Shown here one piece after another: positions 10,488 through 20,520 of a DNA stretch of 32,733 bases (the stretch's first letter is position 1; each line of letters begins with the position of its first letter). Both the position numbers and the translations under genes were made by a program. This DNA comes from a virus (taxonomy: Duplodnaviria > Heunggongvirae > Uroviricota > Caudoviricetes), in the IMG/VR virus record IMGVR_UViG_2654587685_000006; one strand, given 5' to 3'. A model generated the notes under the pieces. That model searched no databases. It was not told the origin of the DNA and saw only the letters and a list, made by a program, of their open reading frames with translations.

Positions 10488-11231
10488 TTAACCTGCGGCG
10501 CTGACAGCCACCGTAGCCACTGCCACAAAATCGCCGTCAGAAGTCATGCCCACAATACTGACACTGCCCTGCTTCACGCCTTTCACCGTGGCCACAAGCC
10601 CGTTCAGGGTCACCGTGGCAGTCTGTGGATCTGTCGAATGCACACTGATCGCTTTGTCACTGGCTTCGTCAGGTTTTACTGTAAAGGTCAGCGTGGTGGT
10701 TGCTCCCACTCTTACACTGGCAGATGCCGGTGCTACTGTCAGCCCGGTAACGCTCACGGTTTCAGTGCCTTCCTCTGCCAGATACGGACGCCCCACACCG
10801 CTGATTTTCACAGTGCGGGTCATCACGTCTTTTGAGGCAATGGTTTTACCCAGTGAGCTCAGCCAGCCACGGAAAACATCAACAGTGCCGTTGGGATATT
10901 TGATACGAAACGCGCAGACTTCACCGGAGTCGAACAACTGAACCAGTTTTTTCTGCCCGCTGTCCCCCGGACGCCAGGCCAGCGTCGCCGAAGTATCACC
11001 AACGGATTTCTGCCCCTGGGTTGTCGTTTTCCAGTCTGCATCTTCATCATCGAGATAAGTGTCATCTTCTGCATCAGCGGTCATTTCACCAGGCTGCAGA
11101 TCCTTCACCATCGCAAGACGCAGCCAGTCAGTGTCCGATAAAGGGTTCGCAAACGCATCGCCCTTGCCGGTGTACATCCAGAACGTCGTTCCCGCACCTT
11201 TCGTTTTTGCCAGTGGATTTGGTGTGGTCAT
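10488..11231 (-). CDS. V: Major tail tube protein V with C-terminal Ig-like domain
   Basis: MTTPNPLAKTKGAGTTFWMYTGKGDAFANPLSDTDWLRL...YLDDEDADW...PNGTVDVFRGW matches lambda gpV as recalled; start taken at the internal Met of the 272-aa ORF. Confidence 0.9.
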   Translation of the reverse strand: MTTPNPLAKTKGAGTTFWMYTGKGDAFANPLSDTDWLRLAMVKDLQPGEMTADAEDDTYLDDEDADWKTTTQGQKSVGDTSATLAWRPGDSGQKKLVQLFDSGEVCAFRIKYPNGTVDVFRGWLSSLGKTIASKDVMTRTVKISGVGRPYLAEEGTETVSVTGLTVAPASASVRVGATTTLTFTVKPDEASDKAISVHSTDPQTATVTLNGLVATVKGVKQGSVSIVGMTSDGDFVAVATVAVSAAG

Positions 11232-11241
11232 TGCCACCTCC

Positions 11242-11643
11242 TTAATTCGTGTACGTGATCTGGTACGTGATTTCCGCCATCGCCCAGGTGGCCATCTCAT
11301 TATCACGTTGATAGTTAAAACCGAGTGGGATCAGGGTGTCGATGAGTCCGGAAAGTGCCGGTACATCATTCAGGGCCGGGAAAATGGTGCTCTCTATCCA
11401 CATATCCAGCTCTGAATCCGGTGCCTGTGCCCGGATGAAGACGGCAACATGCAGAACAGCCTGCCAGTCATCTTCATCCGTCATTTTTCCGGTGTACTGA
11501 GCATCACTCAGCCACACCGCCACGGCAGGCAGTTCCTGCGCATCAATAAATGCCGGAAGCCCGTCAAAAAACGTGGCGCTGTCTCCACACTGTTCCCGGA
11601 GGCGTGCCAGTACGGCCTGGCGGATTTTTGTATGTCTGTTCAT
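11242..11643 (-). CDS. U: Tail terminator protein U
   Basis: 133-aa ORF with ...ATFFDGLPA..PAVAVWLSDAQYTG...PDSELDMW... resembling lambda gpU; position between Z and V. Confidence 0.9.
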   Translation of the reverse strand: MNRHTKIRQAVLARLREQCGDSATFFDGLPAFIDAQELPAVAVWLSDAQYTGKMTDEDDWQAVLHVAVFIRAQAPDSELDMWIESTIFPALNDVPALSGLIDTLIPLGFNYQRDNEMATWAMAEITYQITYTN

Positions 11644-12230
11644 CGGGTCAGAAATAACCTCAGTTGCTGCTTCAGTGCATACCCCAGCTGTTTCGGCATT
11701 TCCGCAGCAATGATGCGGTCGCGGGCATCTTCAAATGCCTGTGTCAGCGGTCCGGACAGCGGGATTTTCACTACCTCCACAGGAAGGCGATTTTTTCTTG
11801 GTCTGCCCTGATGGTCATGCCCTGTTGCAAAACGCGCTTCAGGAAGACGCCTCAGAACATGCCAGCGGCCATTCGCCAGTTGCTGAACAAATGCCCCCCG
11901 GAAAAAGTATTTTCCCACTCTCAGTCCTTCACCAGCACGCCGCCGTGTTGTGTTCAGTTTGATGGCGGGCAGATTGCCCCGGTTAACGCGGATCCTGGCC
12001 GTCATTTTTCCTGACGGACTGGCTTTAAACACCCGGACACGCTGACGTACCAGTTTCAGGGGGATCCCTTTCACCTGGTTATCTCCCGCAACGGTATTCC
12101 CGGCAACCTGCCGGGTAGCTACCGAGACCGCTTTCTGTGCCACACGGTTTATCGCCCATGCACTGGCCTGCGGTACCATACGAGTATCAAGGCTGTTCAG
12201 ATTGCGGATGGCGTTTTCAAGGCCTTTCAT
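11640..12230 (-). CDS. Z: Tail completion protein Z
   Basis: MKGLENAIRNLNSL...NGRWHVLRRL...VVKIPLSGPLTQAF...LGYALKQQLRLFLTR resembles lambda gpZ; start placed at the internal Met matching the lambda N-terminus. Confidence 0.85.
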   Translation of the reverse strand: MKGLENAIRNLNSLDTRMVPQASAWAINRVAQKAVSVATRQVAGNTVAGDNQVKGIPLKLVRQRVRVFKASPSGKMTARIRVNRGNLPAIKLNTTRRRAGEGLRVGKYFFRGAFVQQLANGRWHVLRRLPEARFATGHDHQGRPRKNRLPVEVVKIPLSGPLTQAFEDARDRIIAAEMPKQLGYALKQQLRLFLTR

Positions 12231-12591
12231 AATATCGTCCTGTACTGATATCACCCCGGGAACTGTCACACCGTTGCAGGCGGATATAACAGCATCCCCC
12301 GTCGTCCGGAGTAATGCGATCCACCCGAAAAAGATCCCCGCCAACCTCCAGCGTATCCAGACGGCGTAGCCCCGTAATATCTGCTGTTTTCACAAACAAA
12401 GACGGTGAAGAATCTTCAAACCGTACTCCTCCGGCAACGAACGAAATTTTTTCAGGATCATCAAAAACACCCCTGAGTGTTTTTCCTTCAGGCTGACCGG
12501 ACGTAATTACCGCCGTAATCCCCATATGACAAAGAATGACCTCGTCAGCCATGGTGACGGCGGTATCAAACGGATTATCGAAATCTGCCAC
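12217..12591 (-). CDS. FII: Head-tail joining protein FII
   Basis: MADFDNPFDTAV...RGVFDDPEKISF...SSPSLFVKT...ITPDDGG resembles lambda gpFII. Confidence 0.85.
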   Translation of the reverse strand: MADFDNPFDTAVTMADEVILCHMGITAVITSGQPEGKTLRGVFDDPEKISFVAGGVRFEDSSPSLFVKTADITGLRRLDTLEVGGDLFRVDRITPDDGGCCYIRLQRCDSSRGDISTGRYYERP

Positions 12592-12604
12592 CTTTCCCCC
12601 ACAT

Positions 12605-12985
12605 TCAACACATTTTCACGAGGCCACTTTCTGCCATGCTGGCTGCCACCACGGCAGATACACGAAACACTTCTCCCGGACGTACAAATGCCACGGGGTT
12701 ATCCCGTGTGGCGTGGAGTGCATTGACATGTAACATCACTACAGCTTTGACCATGACCATATCCACCGAATTTCGGTTCTCACTCTCCCCACGTTCGGAT
12801 CGTGTTTCGTTTTTTTGTTGTGGTTCTTCATCATCCTTATACAGGCCGTCTGAACCATCACTTAATTCTTCTTCCCACTCCGCCAGGCGTTGTTCAAGAT
12901 CAGCTTTAGAGCCTGAAATATCGGCATCGCGCCCGAGTGCTGCCGCCAGCTCCTGAAGACGCGCTGTTATTTCTTCTTTTGTCAT
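12605..12985 (-). CDS. FI: DNA packaging / head completion protein FI
   Basis: MTKEEITARLQELAAAL...; C-terminus ...LHVNALHATRDNPVAFVRPGEVFRVSAVVAASMAESGLVKMC resembles lambda gpFI. Start at internal Met; coordinate from frame arithmetic, may be off by 1 nt. Confidence 0.8.
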   Translation of the reverse strand: MTKEEITARLQELAAALGRDADISGSKADLEQRLAEWEEELSDGSDGLYKDDEEPQQKNETRSERGESENRNSVDMVMVKAVVMLHVNALHATRDNPVAFVRPGEVFRVSAVVAASMAESGLVKMC

Positions 12986-13035
12986 CACATCTCTCCTGTG
13001 CGATAAAGAAAAAGGCGGGAATATCCCGCCTGACC

Positions 13036-14064
13036 TTATTTCACCTGAACCACCACAAACGCGTCCGGATCCGGCAACACCATCAACGGCGCAGACTGCG
13101 TCATGGTATATTCGCACCCCGGGTCCCCCACCTCTAACCAGTGTTTCGGATAACGAATTGCAGAGGTGATCCCTTCACTCAGCGCCTGGTTATCCTGGAT
13201 TGCGCCATAACAACGGACACCCTCCACCTGAGTGTTTCCAAGAATCAGTGTGCCTTCCGGCAGATAACGCTGCTCATCGCCGTTTTCATCAACATACGTT
13301 GTTTTCGCCACCATGATGGCCAGATCACCGTAATAACCTTTAAAAGAAACCACGGCCCCCAGATCTTTCAGCGCGGTTTCCAGTTCAGATTTTGAGCCAC
13401 GGCGGGTATCCAGTTTTTCACGAAACACTTTAAAACCGTTCAGCATACGCCAGACAGTACCGTCCATAATCGCAATATTGATGGTACCGGAAGCGAAATC
13501 GCAGTACGCATCCAGATCATGCGTTGGATCAAAGGAGTCAGCATTCTGCTGTGACCATTCGCGTCCGCCAGCCTGCGTAATGTTATTGGCGGCAGAACGC
13601 CCAAAATCCACTTCCACCGTCTCAAACTGTTCACCGCTCATGGTGTACTTACCCTGCAGAACAGCGCTGACCGCCTGCATTTCTTCCACCTGCACAATCG
13701 CCTGTTCTTCCTGCTTCAGGTTGTCAGTCAGAATACGCAGGCGACGGTAGGCCGGGTCATTAAGACGGGCCGGATCCTCCCCCGGAAGACGCTCCACCGC
13801 CTGCTGATAATCCAGCCGGTGTTTTGGTTTAACATAGCCGGGGCGTAACACGCGGGTTTCACCACCACGACTGCGCAGTACCTTACCTGACACAACCGGA
13901 GACACATATGCCGCAACCGGTGTTTTTCCGGTGATTTTATCCAGCATCACTTCCTGAGTATGGAAAGTGACCGTACGACGAAAAAACAGCTCCAGAAACA
14001 GCGCACGGAATTTCACTTTCTGCTCGGTGTAGCCGAGCAACTGACGCGTGGTAAATAACCCCAT
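13036..14064 (-). CDS. E: Major capsid protein E
   Basis: ...LFFRRTVTF...YVSPVVSGKVLRSRGG...PGYVKPKH...VEEMQAVSAVLQGKYTM...KLDTRRGSKSELETALKDLG...TMTQSAPLMVLPDPDAFVVVQ matches lambda gpE as recalled. Confidence 0.9.
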   Translation of the reverse strand: MGLFTTRQLLGYTEQKVKFRALFLELFFRRTVTFHTQEVMLDKITGKTPVAAYVSPVVSGKVLRSRGGETRVLRPGYVKPKHRLDYQQAVERLPGEDPARLNDPAYRRLRILTDNLKQEEQAIVQVEEMQAVSAVLQGKYTMSGEQFETVEVDFGRSAANNITQAGGREWSQQNADSFDPTHDLDAYCDFASGTINIAIMDGTVWRMLNGFKVFREKLDTRRGSKSELETALKDLGAVVSFKGYYGDLAIMVAKTTYVDENGDEQRYLPEGTLILGNTQVEGVRCYGAIQDNQALSEGITSAIRYPKHWLEVGDPGCEYTMTQSAPLMVLPDPDAFVVVQVK

Positions 14065-14132
14065 AATTGACTTTCCTTTAAAAACACAAACGGGCCGCAT
14101 CGCGACCCGTTTTTCAGTTAATCACTTCACCA

Positions 14133-14468
14133 TCAGGCGTGGCTGATGGCACTTCCCACAAATGCGTTGGCTTTTTTCACCGCATCCACAGAGTCAGGCC
14201 AGACCAGCGACTCAGTGGCAAACGTACCGCTTTTGTAGTACGTCAGTGCGAGCTCGGTCCCGGCCAGCGCCAGTGCCAGCACCCCCACAGCCGTTCCGGC
14301 TTTCTGACCATCCCATGCCACCAGTTTTCCGCTGGCGTCATCCAGCATCAGTGGCGTCAGTGAAGGCGTGGCAACACTGATACCGCTGGTACCTGTTGCG
14401 GTATACACCGGATCGCTTCCGGCAAAAATGCGCCTGTCTGCGCGCTTTTCTGTGGTGGTTTTAATCAT
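14133..14468 (-). CDS. D: Head decoration protein D
   Basis: 111-aa ORF with ...TPLMLDDASGKLVAWDG...YKSGTF...AFVGSAISHA resembling lambda gpD. Confidence 0.85.
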   Translation of the reverse strand: MIKTTTEKRADRRIFAGSDPVYTATGTSGISVATPSLTPLMLDDASGKLVAWDGQKAGTAVGVLALALAGTELALTYYKSGTFATESLVWPDSVDAVKKANAFVGSAISHA

Positions 14469-14505
14469 TTTCAGTCTCCTGATTTATCTGAATCACGGAT
14501 AACGC

Positions 14506-16122
14506 TTACGGCATACTCATCAGCAGATCTTCTTCTCCGTGCCCGGCAGTTCCGCCTCCGGAAACCGCACTGGCAGCATGCTGTGCCATAAAGCGATCAA
14601 AAAGTGCTTCCTGTGACGGTTGCGATGCCGCCGGTGCGGCTGCCAGCAACGTTTTCGCCTGCGCCACCGTCATTCCCGGTTGTTCTGCCAGTGCCTGTGC
14701 AAGTTGCTTGCGCCCTTTCGCCTCCGGCAGCGCCATAATCTGATCGCCGACACTTGCAGAACCGGCAACCGGTGCCGCCGCCAGTAACGTTTTTGCCTGG
14801 TCAACGGTCATTCCCGGCTGTTCAGCCAGCGCCTGCGCGAGTTGTTCACGCCCTTTAGCTTCCGGCAACGCCATAATCTGATCGCCTGTGCCTGCAGCAC
14901 TGGCAGCAGGGGCTGCCGCCAGAAACGCTTTCGCCTGCTCCACCGTCATCCCAGGTTGACCTGCCAGCATCTGTGCCAGTTGCTCACGCCCCTTTGCTTC
15001 CGGCAGCGCCATAATCTGATCACCCGTGCTGTCAGTACCGGCAACCGGCGCAGCTGCAAGCAACGTTTTCGCCTGCTCAACCGTCATTCCAGGCTGACCT
15101 GCCAGCATTTGCGCCAGTTGCTCGCGCCCTTTCGCCTCCTGACAATTCAGGATCCCCATCACGCGCTGATTTTCCTGGGCCACCGCTTCAGCAACGGTGA
15201 GATTTTTAACAGTCATTGCATTCTCCTTCGTAACAGAGTCATTCAGTGCAGAAACCATCACTTCAACGGCATCTGCAGCATTAATCAGTTGATCAGCCAG
15301 GCCTGCATCAATGCCTGCCTGACCGTCATAAACGGCAGCCTCGGTATTCATCACCGCCTCTGAACTCAGCCCCGTATAAAGCGCCACCTTGTCGACAAAC
15401 ATCCGGCGGGCCTCATCAATACGGCGCTGAAAATCTGCACGCACACCTGCCGGCAATGCCTGAATACTGTTGCCGTCAACCTTGTGCTGCCCGGAGTAAA
15501 TCAGCGTGATGTCCACCCCTTCCTGCGCCAGTTGTTTCTCGTAACTGGTGTGCGCCATCATCACACCAATCGAACCAATTTTTGCCGTCTGCGTGACCAG
15601 CCGACGCGTACAGGCTGCCGCCAGCAACATGGCGGCTGAACAGGCCATATCATTACACAGCGCCCACACGGGCTTCTGTTCCCGCAGACGGTAAATCATG
15701 TCAGCACAGTCAAACGCCCCGGCAGCCTGACCGCCCGGACTGTCGATATCCAGTAAAATGCCGCGTACATCCGGATCATTCACCGCTGACTTAAGACGGG
15801 CCGTCAGGCCGTCATAACCGGTCATACCGGAATATGGCCGCAGGGCACCCATTTTATGTACCAGCGTGCCGCTCACCGGCAGAATGGCAATACCATTTTT
15901 CACCTGGTAACTCTTTACCGGACGCGGACCACCAGTCATATAATCGGTAACCGCCAGCTGCATACCATCGGCATCAAACTGAACGGCCTGCTGCGGAACG
16001 GCAAGGCTGCCCGCCCCCATCTCCTTACCCAGTGCGCAAAAGAAAACCCGCGCATAGGCGGGTTCCAGTAAAAGCGGCTCATTAAATGCCATGGCGGCAA
16101 TATGTGATAAATTACAGCGCAT
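14506..16122 (-). CDS. C: Head maturation protease C (S49/ClpP-like) with nested scaffold (Nu3-like) C-terminal region carrying 4 tandem repeats
   Basis: N-terminus ...HIAAMAFNEPLLLEPAYARVFFCAL...GILLDIDSPGG...PVWALCNDMACSAA...TGSIGVMMAH matches lambda gpC as recalled; C-terminal third is four 46-aa tandem repeats. Confidence 0.85.
   Translation of the reverse strand: MRCNLSHIAAMAFNEPLLLEPAYARVFFCALGKEMGAGSLAVPQQAVQFDADGMQLAVTDYMTGGPRPVKSYQVKNGIAILPVSGTLVHKMGALRPYSGMTGYDGLTARLKSAVNDPDVRGILLDIDSPGGQAAGAFDCADMIYRLREQKPVWALCNDMACSAAMLLAAACTRRLVTQTAKIGSIGVMMAHTSYEKQLAQEGVDITLIYSGQHKVDGNSIQALPAGVRADFQRRIDEARRMFVDKVALYTGLSSEAVMNTEAAVYDGQAGIDAGLADQLINAADAVEVMVSALNDSVTKENAMTVKNLTVAEAVAQENQRVMGILNCQEAKGREQLAQMLAGQPGMTVEQAKTLLAAAPVAGTDSTGDQIMALPEAKGREQLAQMLAGQPGMTVEQAKAFLAAAPAASAAGTGDQIMALPEAKGREQLAQALAEQPGMTVDQAKTLLAAAPVAGSASVGDQIMALPEAKGRKQLAQALAEQPGMTVAQAKTLLAAAPAASQPSQEALFDRFMAQHAASAVSGGGTAGHGEEDLLMSMP
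14623..15160 (-). repeat. 4x tandem repeat, about 138 bp unit, inside C/Nu3-like coding region
   Basis: Protein motif IMALPEAKGREQLAQ(M/A)LA(G/E)QPGMTV(E/D)QAK(T/A)(L/F)LAAAP... recurs at aa 329, 375, 421 and 467 (46-aa period); DNA repeats are near-identical. I recall a single copy of this motif in lambda gpC. Confidence 0.85.
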
Positions 16123-17683
16123 CGCCTTTTTCTCCCGTTGTCTGTCGGATCTGCTGTTGAAACGCGTCCTTTATCCAGACCGGACGCGGAAGACCGGCAG
16201 CCTGTCGCTCCTGAGTTTCCCGTAGCTGCTGGCGGAAAATCTCCTGATAGTCATCCCCCATCAGGGCCAGCTCTTTCTCGTATGTACTCAGGCCGCCTTC
16301 AATGCGCATCACCGCTTCCTGCACTTCCTTAAGACCATCAATCGCCATACGACCGGCACCAATCCACTCGGCACGGCACCACCCGGAACGGGCCTCCCAG
16401 AATGAGAAACGGGATTTCGGCGGACGGATCACACCACGAATAAGGGCCTCCTCCAACCAGCAGGCAAACATCTGTGACGCCAGGCGACTGGCCACAAATT
16501 TTCGTTTTCCCATAAAATGCCGCCACGACTCATTGGCGGATGCCCTGGCACTGGAATAACTGACCTGTGAATAATCCCGGGAAAGCTGCTCATACGACAC
16601 ACCCAGTCCGGCAGCAATGTAACGTAACAGCGCCTTTTCCAGTTCAGAAAAACCATTATCCGCATTCTGGGCTGTCTGCAGATTCAGTGAATCTCCCGGG
16701 TAAAGATGCGGAATACGGACCCCGCCCAGTTTTACCGTATTGGTGGCGTAATAACGCGCGTAGCCTTTCATGATGGTGTTCAGGGGATTTTTACCGCCAT
16801 CTCCCACCCCGGCGATATATTCAAACGCTTTTTCCGAATCCAGTGTGGATTCAATCGTCGCGGCATACATCGCCCGCACCACCGCCGACTGCAGTTGCGT
16901 GGCCTGCAGTGTGTCGAGCATCTTGAGACGCTCCATCACGGAATAAAACTGGTTGGCCCCGCGGGTCTGCCCGTCTTCCTGTGGCTGAAACACATGGATC
17001 ATTCCCGGTCGTCCGGAAGGCAGTGTTGCCGTAATTCGTGCCCATTTACTGACACCGTAGCCGGGCCAGTCATCATCCTGAACATGGTAGGCCAGCGCTT
17101 TTCCGTGTCGGTTTATTTCCACCCCGGCACGCATAAAACGATCGCCGGTACCATAACCGGGTGTACTGACACGCTTCGGGCTGATGGTTTTGAATTTCGT
17201 CCGGAATAATGACGTGGATTCCGCATCCCATACGGGCTGGACAAAAATTTCACCGTTAAACGTATGTACCCCCACCCCTTCACGAATGAATTCGGTAAAC
17301 GAACGACGCCCTTCCACATCCATCGCACCAAACACCGGATCGCAGTATTCCATCCACGCCGCCTCAACATCTTCAATAAAAGCATGTGAATCTGCTTCCG
17401 ACATCCCCAGCCAGCGCCAGTTGGGACGGTAACTCAGACGAAACATGTGCCCGACAATATGATCCTTATGAATTTCCACTGCATTCGATGCAATACCGTT
17501 GTTACGGACCAGATCATCCGCGCGGGCATTACCCAGATGAATGGAAGGTAAGAGCGCCACGTCGGCACTTTCCGGTGCAGGCAGCCATTCTGCCATTTGC
17601 CCACCGAACCCGGAACCACCACCAGAATATCCCATACTTTGCCGTAAAGGCTGCCCATGAATATCCACCAGTTCCCCGTTCAC
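16112..17683 (-). CDS. B: Portal protein B
   Basis: 523 aa; ...GGGSGFGGQ...LLP...GNARADDLVRNNG...FVQPVWD...RGANQFYSVMERLKMLDTLQATQLQSAVVRAMYAATIES...GRMAIDGLKEVQEAVMRIEGGLSTYEKE matches lambda gpB as recalled. Confidence 0.9.
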   Translation of the reverse strand: MNGELVDIHGQPLRQSMGYSGGGSGFGGQMAEWLPAPESADVALLPSIHLGNARADDLVRNNGIASNAVEIHKDHIVGHMFRLSYRPNWRWLGMSEADSHAFIEDVEAAWMEYCDPVFGAMDVEGRRSFTEFIREGVGVHTFNGEIFVQPVWDAESTSLFRTKFKTISPKRVSTPGYGTGDRFMRAGVEINRHGKALAYHVQDDDWPGYGVSKWARITATLPSGRPGMIHVFQPQEDGQTRGANQFYSVMERLKMLDTLQATQLQSAVVRAMYAATIESTLDSEKAFEYIAGVGDGGKNPLNTIMKGYARYYATNTVKLGGVRIPHLYPGDSLNLQTAQNADNGFSELEKALLRYIAAGLGVSYEQLSRDYSQVSYSSARASANESWRHFMGKRKFVASRLASQMFACWLEEALIRGVIRPPKSRFSFWEARSGWCRAEWIGAGRMAIDGLKEVQEAVMRIEGGLSTYEKELALMGDDYQEIFRQQLRETQERQAAGLPRPVWIKDAFQQQIRQTTGEKGDAL

Positions 17684-17892
17684 AGCCCCACTCCTGCCGG
17701 GCCACGACGCCGTCCGGATACACCCAGCGCACTTTCCAGCTCTTCAATATACTGACGCAGTTCACCAATTGTCGCCCGCGAATACTGAACCTGACGCCCG
17801 TCCTTACTGACGGAAACCACAGCACGTCCGATCATCAGTTCATGTAACGCCCGGCGGGCATCGCATAGCATTTCATGCGTATAAATCATCAC
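17680..17892 (-). CDS. W: Head-tail connector / head completion protein W
   Basis: 70-aa ORF ...ARRALHELMIGRAVVSVSKDGRQVQYSRATIGELRQYIEELE...RRRGPAG resembling lambda gpW; overlaps B start (ATGA). Confidence 0.8.
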   Translation of the reverse strand: MMIYTHEMLCDARRALHELMIGRAVVSVSKDGRQVQYSRATIGELRQYIEELESALGVSGRRRGPAGVGL

Positions 17893-19812
17893 TTATCCTC
17901 CACTCAGAGCAGCCGCGATTTCTTCAATAGTCATTTCATCGTCGTCCTGTTCATCTCTTCTGGCGCGGGCCAGTGCATCCAGATCCAGTTGCCACCGCTG
18001 AACGGAAATGCGCAGCGCTGCATAGGCATACACCAGACAGTCCAGGGCTTCATTACGCCGTTTTCTGGCATCCCACTGGAGTTTCACCCGCCCGTTCACA
18101 ACTTTTTCAACCAGCTCTTCTGCCACGAGTTGTTTAGCTTCAACATCAGAAAAAATGTCCGGGTTATCCGGAAAACGGAAGGTATACGGTGCTACTTCAC
18201 TGGCAGATACCACCGGCAGGGCAAAACGCGCATACAGCATTTCCTTGACGGTATCGGAACCCACCTCACACAAAAACACCCCACGCTGGTTTCGCTTTTT
18301 TGGCATGGTGATCACCGGCTTGCCGTACACCGACGCCCCTTTGATGGGGAGCACAAAAAAAGTGCCGTGTTTTCTGGATCGCTGATACACAATGTCCTGG
18401 TCAATACCACCGGTATCCCAGCAGACGCGGGAAATGGAAATTTCAGTGCCATCTGCATGACGGTATTTTTTCCGGATCACGGCATCAACGCGTTTAAGGG
18501 TGTCCTCATCTTCCGGTCTCCCCATGATGATCTGCTTGTCAATCAGAAAAGCTTCTTCGCCGGGAGCCCAGCCCCAGACATAAATCTCATAACGGTTTTT
18601 CTGAGAGTCGATCCCTGCGGTCAGGTAAACCACCCGCAGGGGAACCTGCGCATCATAGTGGCAGACTTTTTCCAGCAACAACTCAAAGCTCAGTTTTTCT
18701 GCCACAGCCTCTTCATAAGGCTCCCCCAGCGTGGTGTTAATGAACGTCTTGACGCCATTCGGATCCTTCAGTGCATCAAGCCAGTCATAAACAATCTGTA
18801 CCCAGGTGGTGAACGGGCTGTATGCCGTCCAGATGTGGTACGAGATTGAGCGCGGTGGCGGGATTTCCTCATCACCGGCGCTGTAAAATGTCAGACCGTC
18901 ACGCGTCCACATCCCGGTATTGTCACAAATCCACCGCCCGTCGGTCTGGTCAAGTTCCGACTGACGGATCACGCAGCCATTATGTTCACACAGGTAATAC
19001 ACCGTCTCCGGCTTGCCCTTCTCCCATTTCAGGCCAAAGGTTGTCGCATCATCGCCAAACTTCAGATACTGGGCCTCACCACAATGAGGGCATGGCACAT
19101 AAAACCGCATAAAATGAGCAGATTCGTTCGCGGCTTTTTCAATCTGGCAAAAACCTTTAATTTTGGGCGTTGAGCCGCGTATGGATTTAGGCCATACCGA
19201 ACCTTCGATACGCTTATCGCCAAGCAGGGTTGGTGAACCTTCTTTTTCCACATCCGGTTCAAACGAGGAGAGTTCGTCATAGCAGACCACATCCACAGAT
19301 TTTTCACGGTAGTTTTTGGCAGCAGCGCCGCCCAGACACCAGAATCCCACACCGGAGGAGAAACGTTTCAGGGTAAGCGTGTTGTCCCGATGTTTTCTGC
19401 CAAACCACGGAGCCAGCTCCAGTAATACAGGAACGTCTCTTATCGTTGGTTCGACATGGGATTTCATAAAATCTTCTGCCGCAGAATCTGTCGGCTGAAA
19501 AAGCAGGCTGTTACGGGATTTGTGTTCAATAAAATAAGCCTCCACACCCAACAGCATTTTGGTGTAACCAACACGCGCCGATTTAATCAGATTAACGGTG
19601 CGGATCCGGTCATTCCCCATGCTGTTCATGATGGCAACCTGAAACGGCAGTGTTTCCCATTGCCCGGGAGTATATGAAGACTCTTTTGGCAGATAATAAT
19701 ACTGATCAGCCCACTGAACTGTCGTCAGTGGTACCGGAATATTGAGAGATACAAGCCCTGTTGCTATCGCACCGGCTGCATTAGCTGCCTTCTGTGCGTC
19801 TGAAATCATCAA
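17893..19812 (-). CDS. A: Terminase large subunit A
   Basis: 639 aa; ...[35 protein letters not shown]...[14 protein letters not shown]...[27 protein letters not shown]...ICWDTGGID...[10 protein letters not shown]... matches lambda gpA as recalled. Confidence 0.9.
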   Translation of the reverse strand: MMISDAQKAANAAGAIATGLVSLNIPVPLTTVQWADQYYYLPKESSYTPGQWETLPFQVAIMNSMGNDRIRTVNLIKSARVGYTKMLLGVEAYFIEHKSRNSLLFQPTDSAAEDFMKSHVEPTIRDVPVLLELAPWFGRKHRDNTLTLKRFSSGVGFWCLGGAAAKNYREKSVDVVCYDELSSFEPDVEKEGSPTLLGDKRIEGSVWPKSIRGSTPKIKGFCQIEKAANESAHFMRFYVPCPHCGEAQYLKFGDDATTFGLKWEKGKPETVYYLCEHNGCVIRQSELDQTDGRWICDNTGMWTRDGLTFYSAGDEEIPPPRSISYHIWTAYSPFTTWVQIVYDWLDALKDPNGVKTFINTTLGEPYEEAVAEKLSFELLLEKVCHYDAQVPLRVVYLTAGIDSQKNRYEIYVWGWAPGEEAFLIDKQIIMGRPEDEDTLKRVDAVIRKKYRHADGTEISISRVCWDTGGIDQDIVYQRSRKHGTFFVLPIKGASVYGKPVITMPKKRNQRGVFLCEVGSDTVKEMLYARFALPVVSASEVAPYTFRFPDNPDIFSDVEAKQLVAEELVEKVVNGRVKLQWDARKRRNEALDCLVYAYAALRISVQRWQLDLDALARARRDEQDDDEMTIEEIAAALSGG

Positions 19813-20329
19813 TCCACCCGCCTACGTTCTCACCAGCTTTAGCTGCAACGTTGGAGGCTTTTGCGATTTCAGTTTTCACCACATCAAGGTGTGATGGTGA
19901 AATATCCGGATATTTACGCTGTAATGTCAGCGGCACACGTACAAGTATCCCCGAAATCTCCTGTGCCACACGTTGCAGAATGAAGGTAAACAATTCCGTT
20001 TCCAGTACCAGCCCTTCTTCGCGGGCATTCTTCAGTTCCTGTGCATCAGCCTGTGCTTTTGTGAGTCGGTAGCGTTCATAGTCAATGGTGCCGGGTTGTA
20101 AATCTGATTCCGCAGCCGCACGCAAATCCTCGGTCTCTTTGCGGAGTTTTTCGTTTTCAATATCGGCTTCGCGTTGCGCATACCACTGAATTGCCATGGA
20201 GGTATCAAATACAGATTCAACGCCCTTACCACCTCCGGAGACGCAAGGGAGTCCCTGAGACTGCCAGCGTTCAATCGTTCGCGGATCCACGTTGAAAATT
20301 TCGGCAAGTTTCTTTTTATTAACCTTCAT
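19781..20329 (-). CDS. nu1: Terminase small subunit Nu1
   Basis: [28 protein letters not shown]...[49 protein letters not shown] resembles lambda Nu1; overlaps A start. Confidence 0.9.
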   Translation of the reverse strand: MKVNKKKLAEIFNVDPRTIERWQSQGLPCVSGGGKGVESVFDTSMAIQWYAQREADIENEKLRKETEDLRAAAESDLQPGTIDYERYRLTKAQADAQELKNAREEGLVLETELFTFILQRVAQEISGILVRVPLTLQRKYPDISPSHLDVVKTEIAKASNVAAKAGENVGGWIDDFRRTEGS

Positions 20330-20339
20330 GAAACAGTCT

Positions 20340-20520
20340 CACAACAAACACAGGGTCCGACATGAAAGTGCCCGAAAATGACTTTTTTAGGCGTTTTCAT
20401 GTCGGACCTTTTGCGGATTCGATATTAGAAAAAACAAATAGTTATGTTCGAGAAGTACCGACATGATTTTCCCCGAAAAATTTTCATAAATAGCGAAAAC
20501 CCGCGACGCTCCCGCCCCGT
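20340..20520 (-). other. cos site (cosB with repeated small-terminase binding motifs, plus cosN)
   Basis: Minus-strand GGGCGGGAGCGT-CGCGGGTTTTCGCTATTTATGAAAATTTT (fwd about 20476-20517) closely matches the lambda left end as recalled (GGGCGGCGACCT-CGCGGGTTTTCGCTATTTATGAAAATTTT). Three copies of a GTCCGACATGA-like motif lie between it and nu1 (about 20355-20367, 20387-20398 inverted, 20457-20467). Confidence 0.75.

Noticed and set aside
14842-15363. 173-aa plus-strand ORF across the tandem-repeat region
   Set aside because: Antisense frame of the repeated C/Nu3-like region; its internal repetition simply mirrors the coding repeats on the other strand.
17875-18849. 324-aa plus-strand ORF
   Set aside because: Antisense to the terminase large subunit gene, whose minus-strand reading is strongly supported; composition looks like an antisense artefact.
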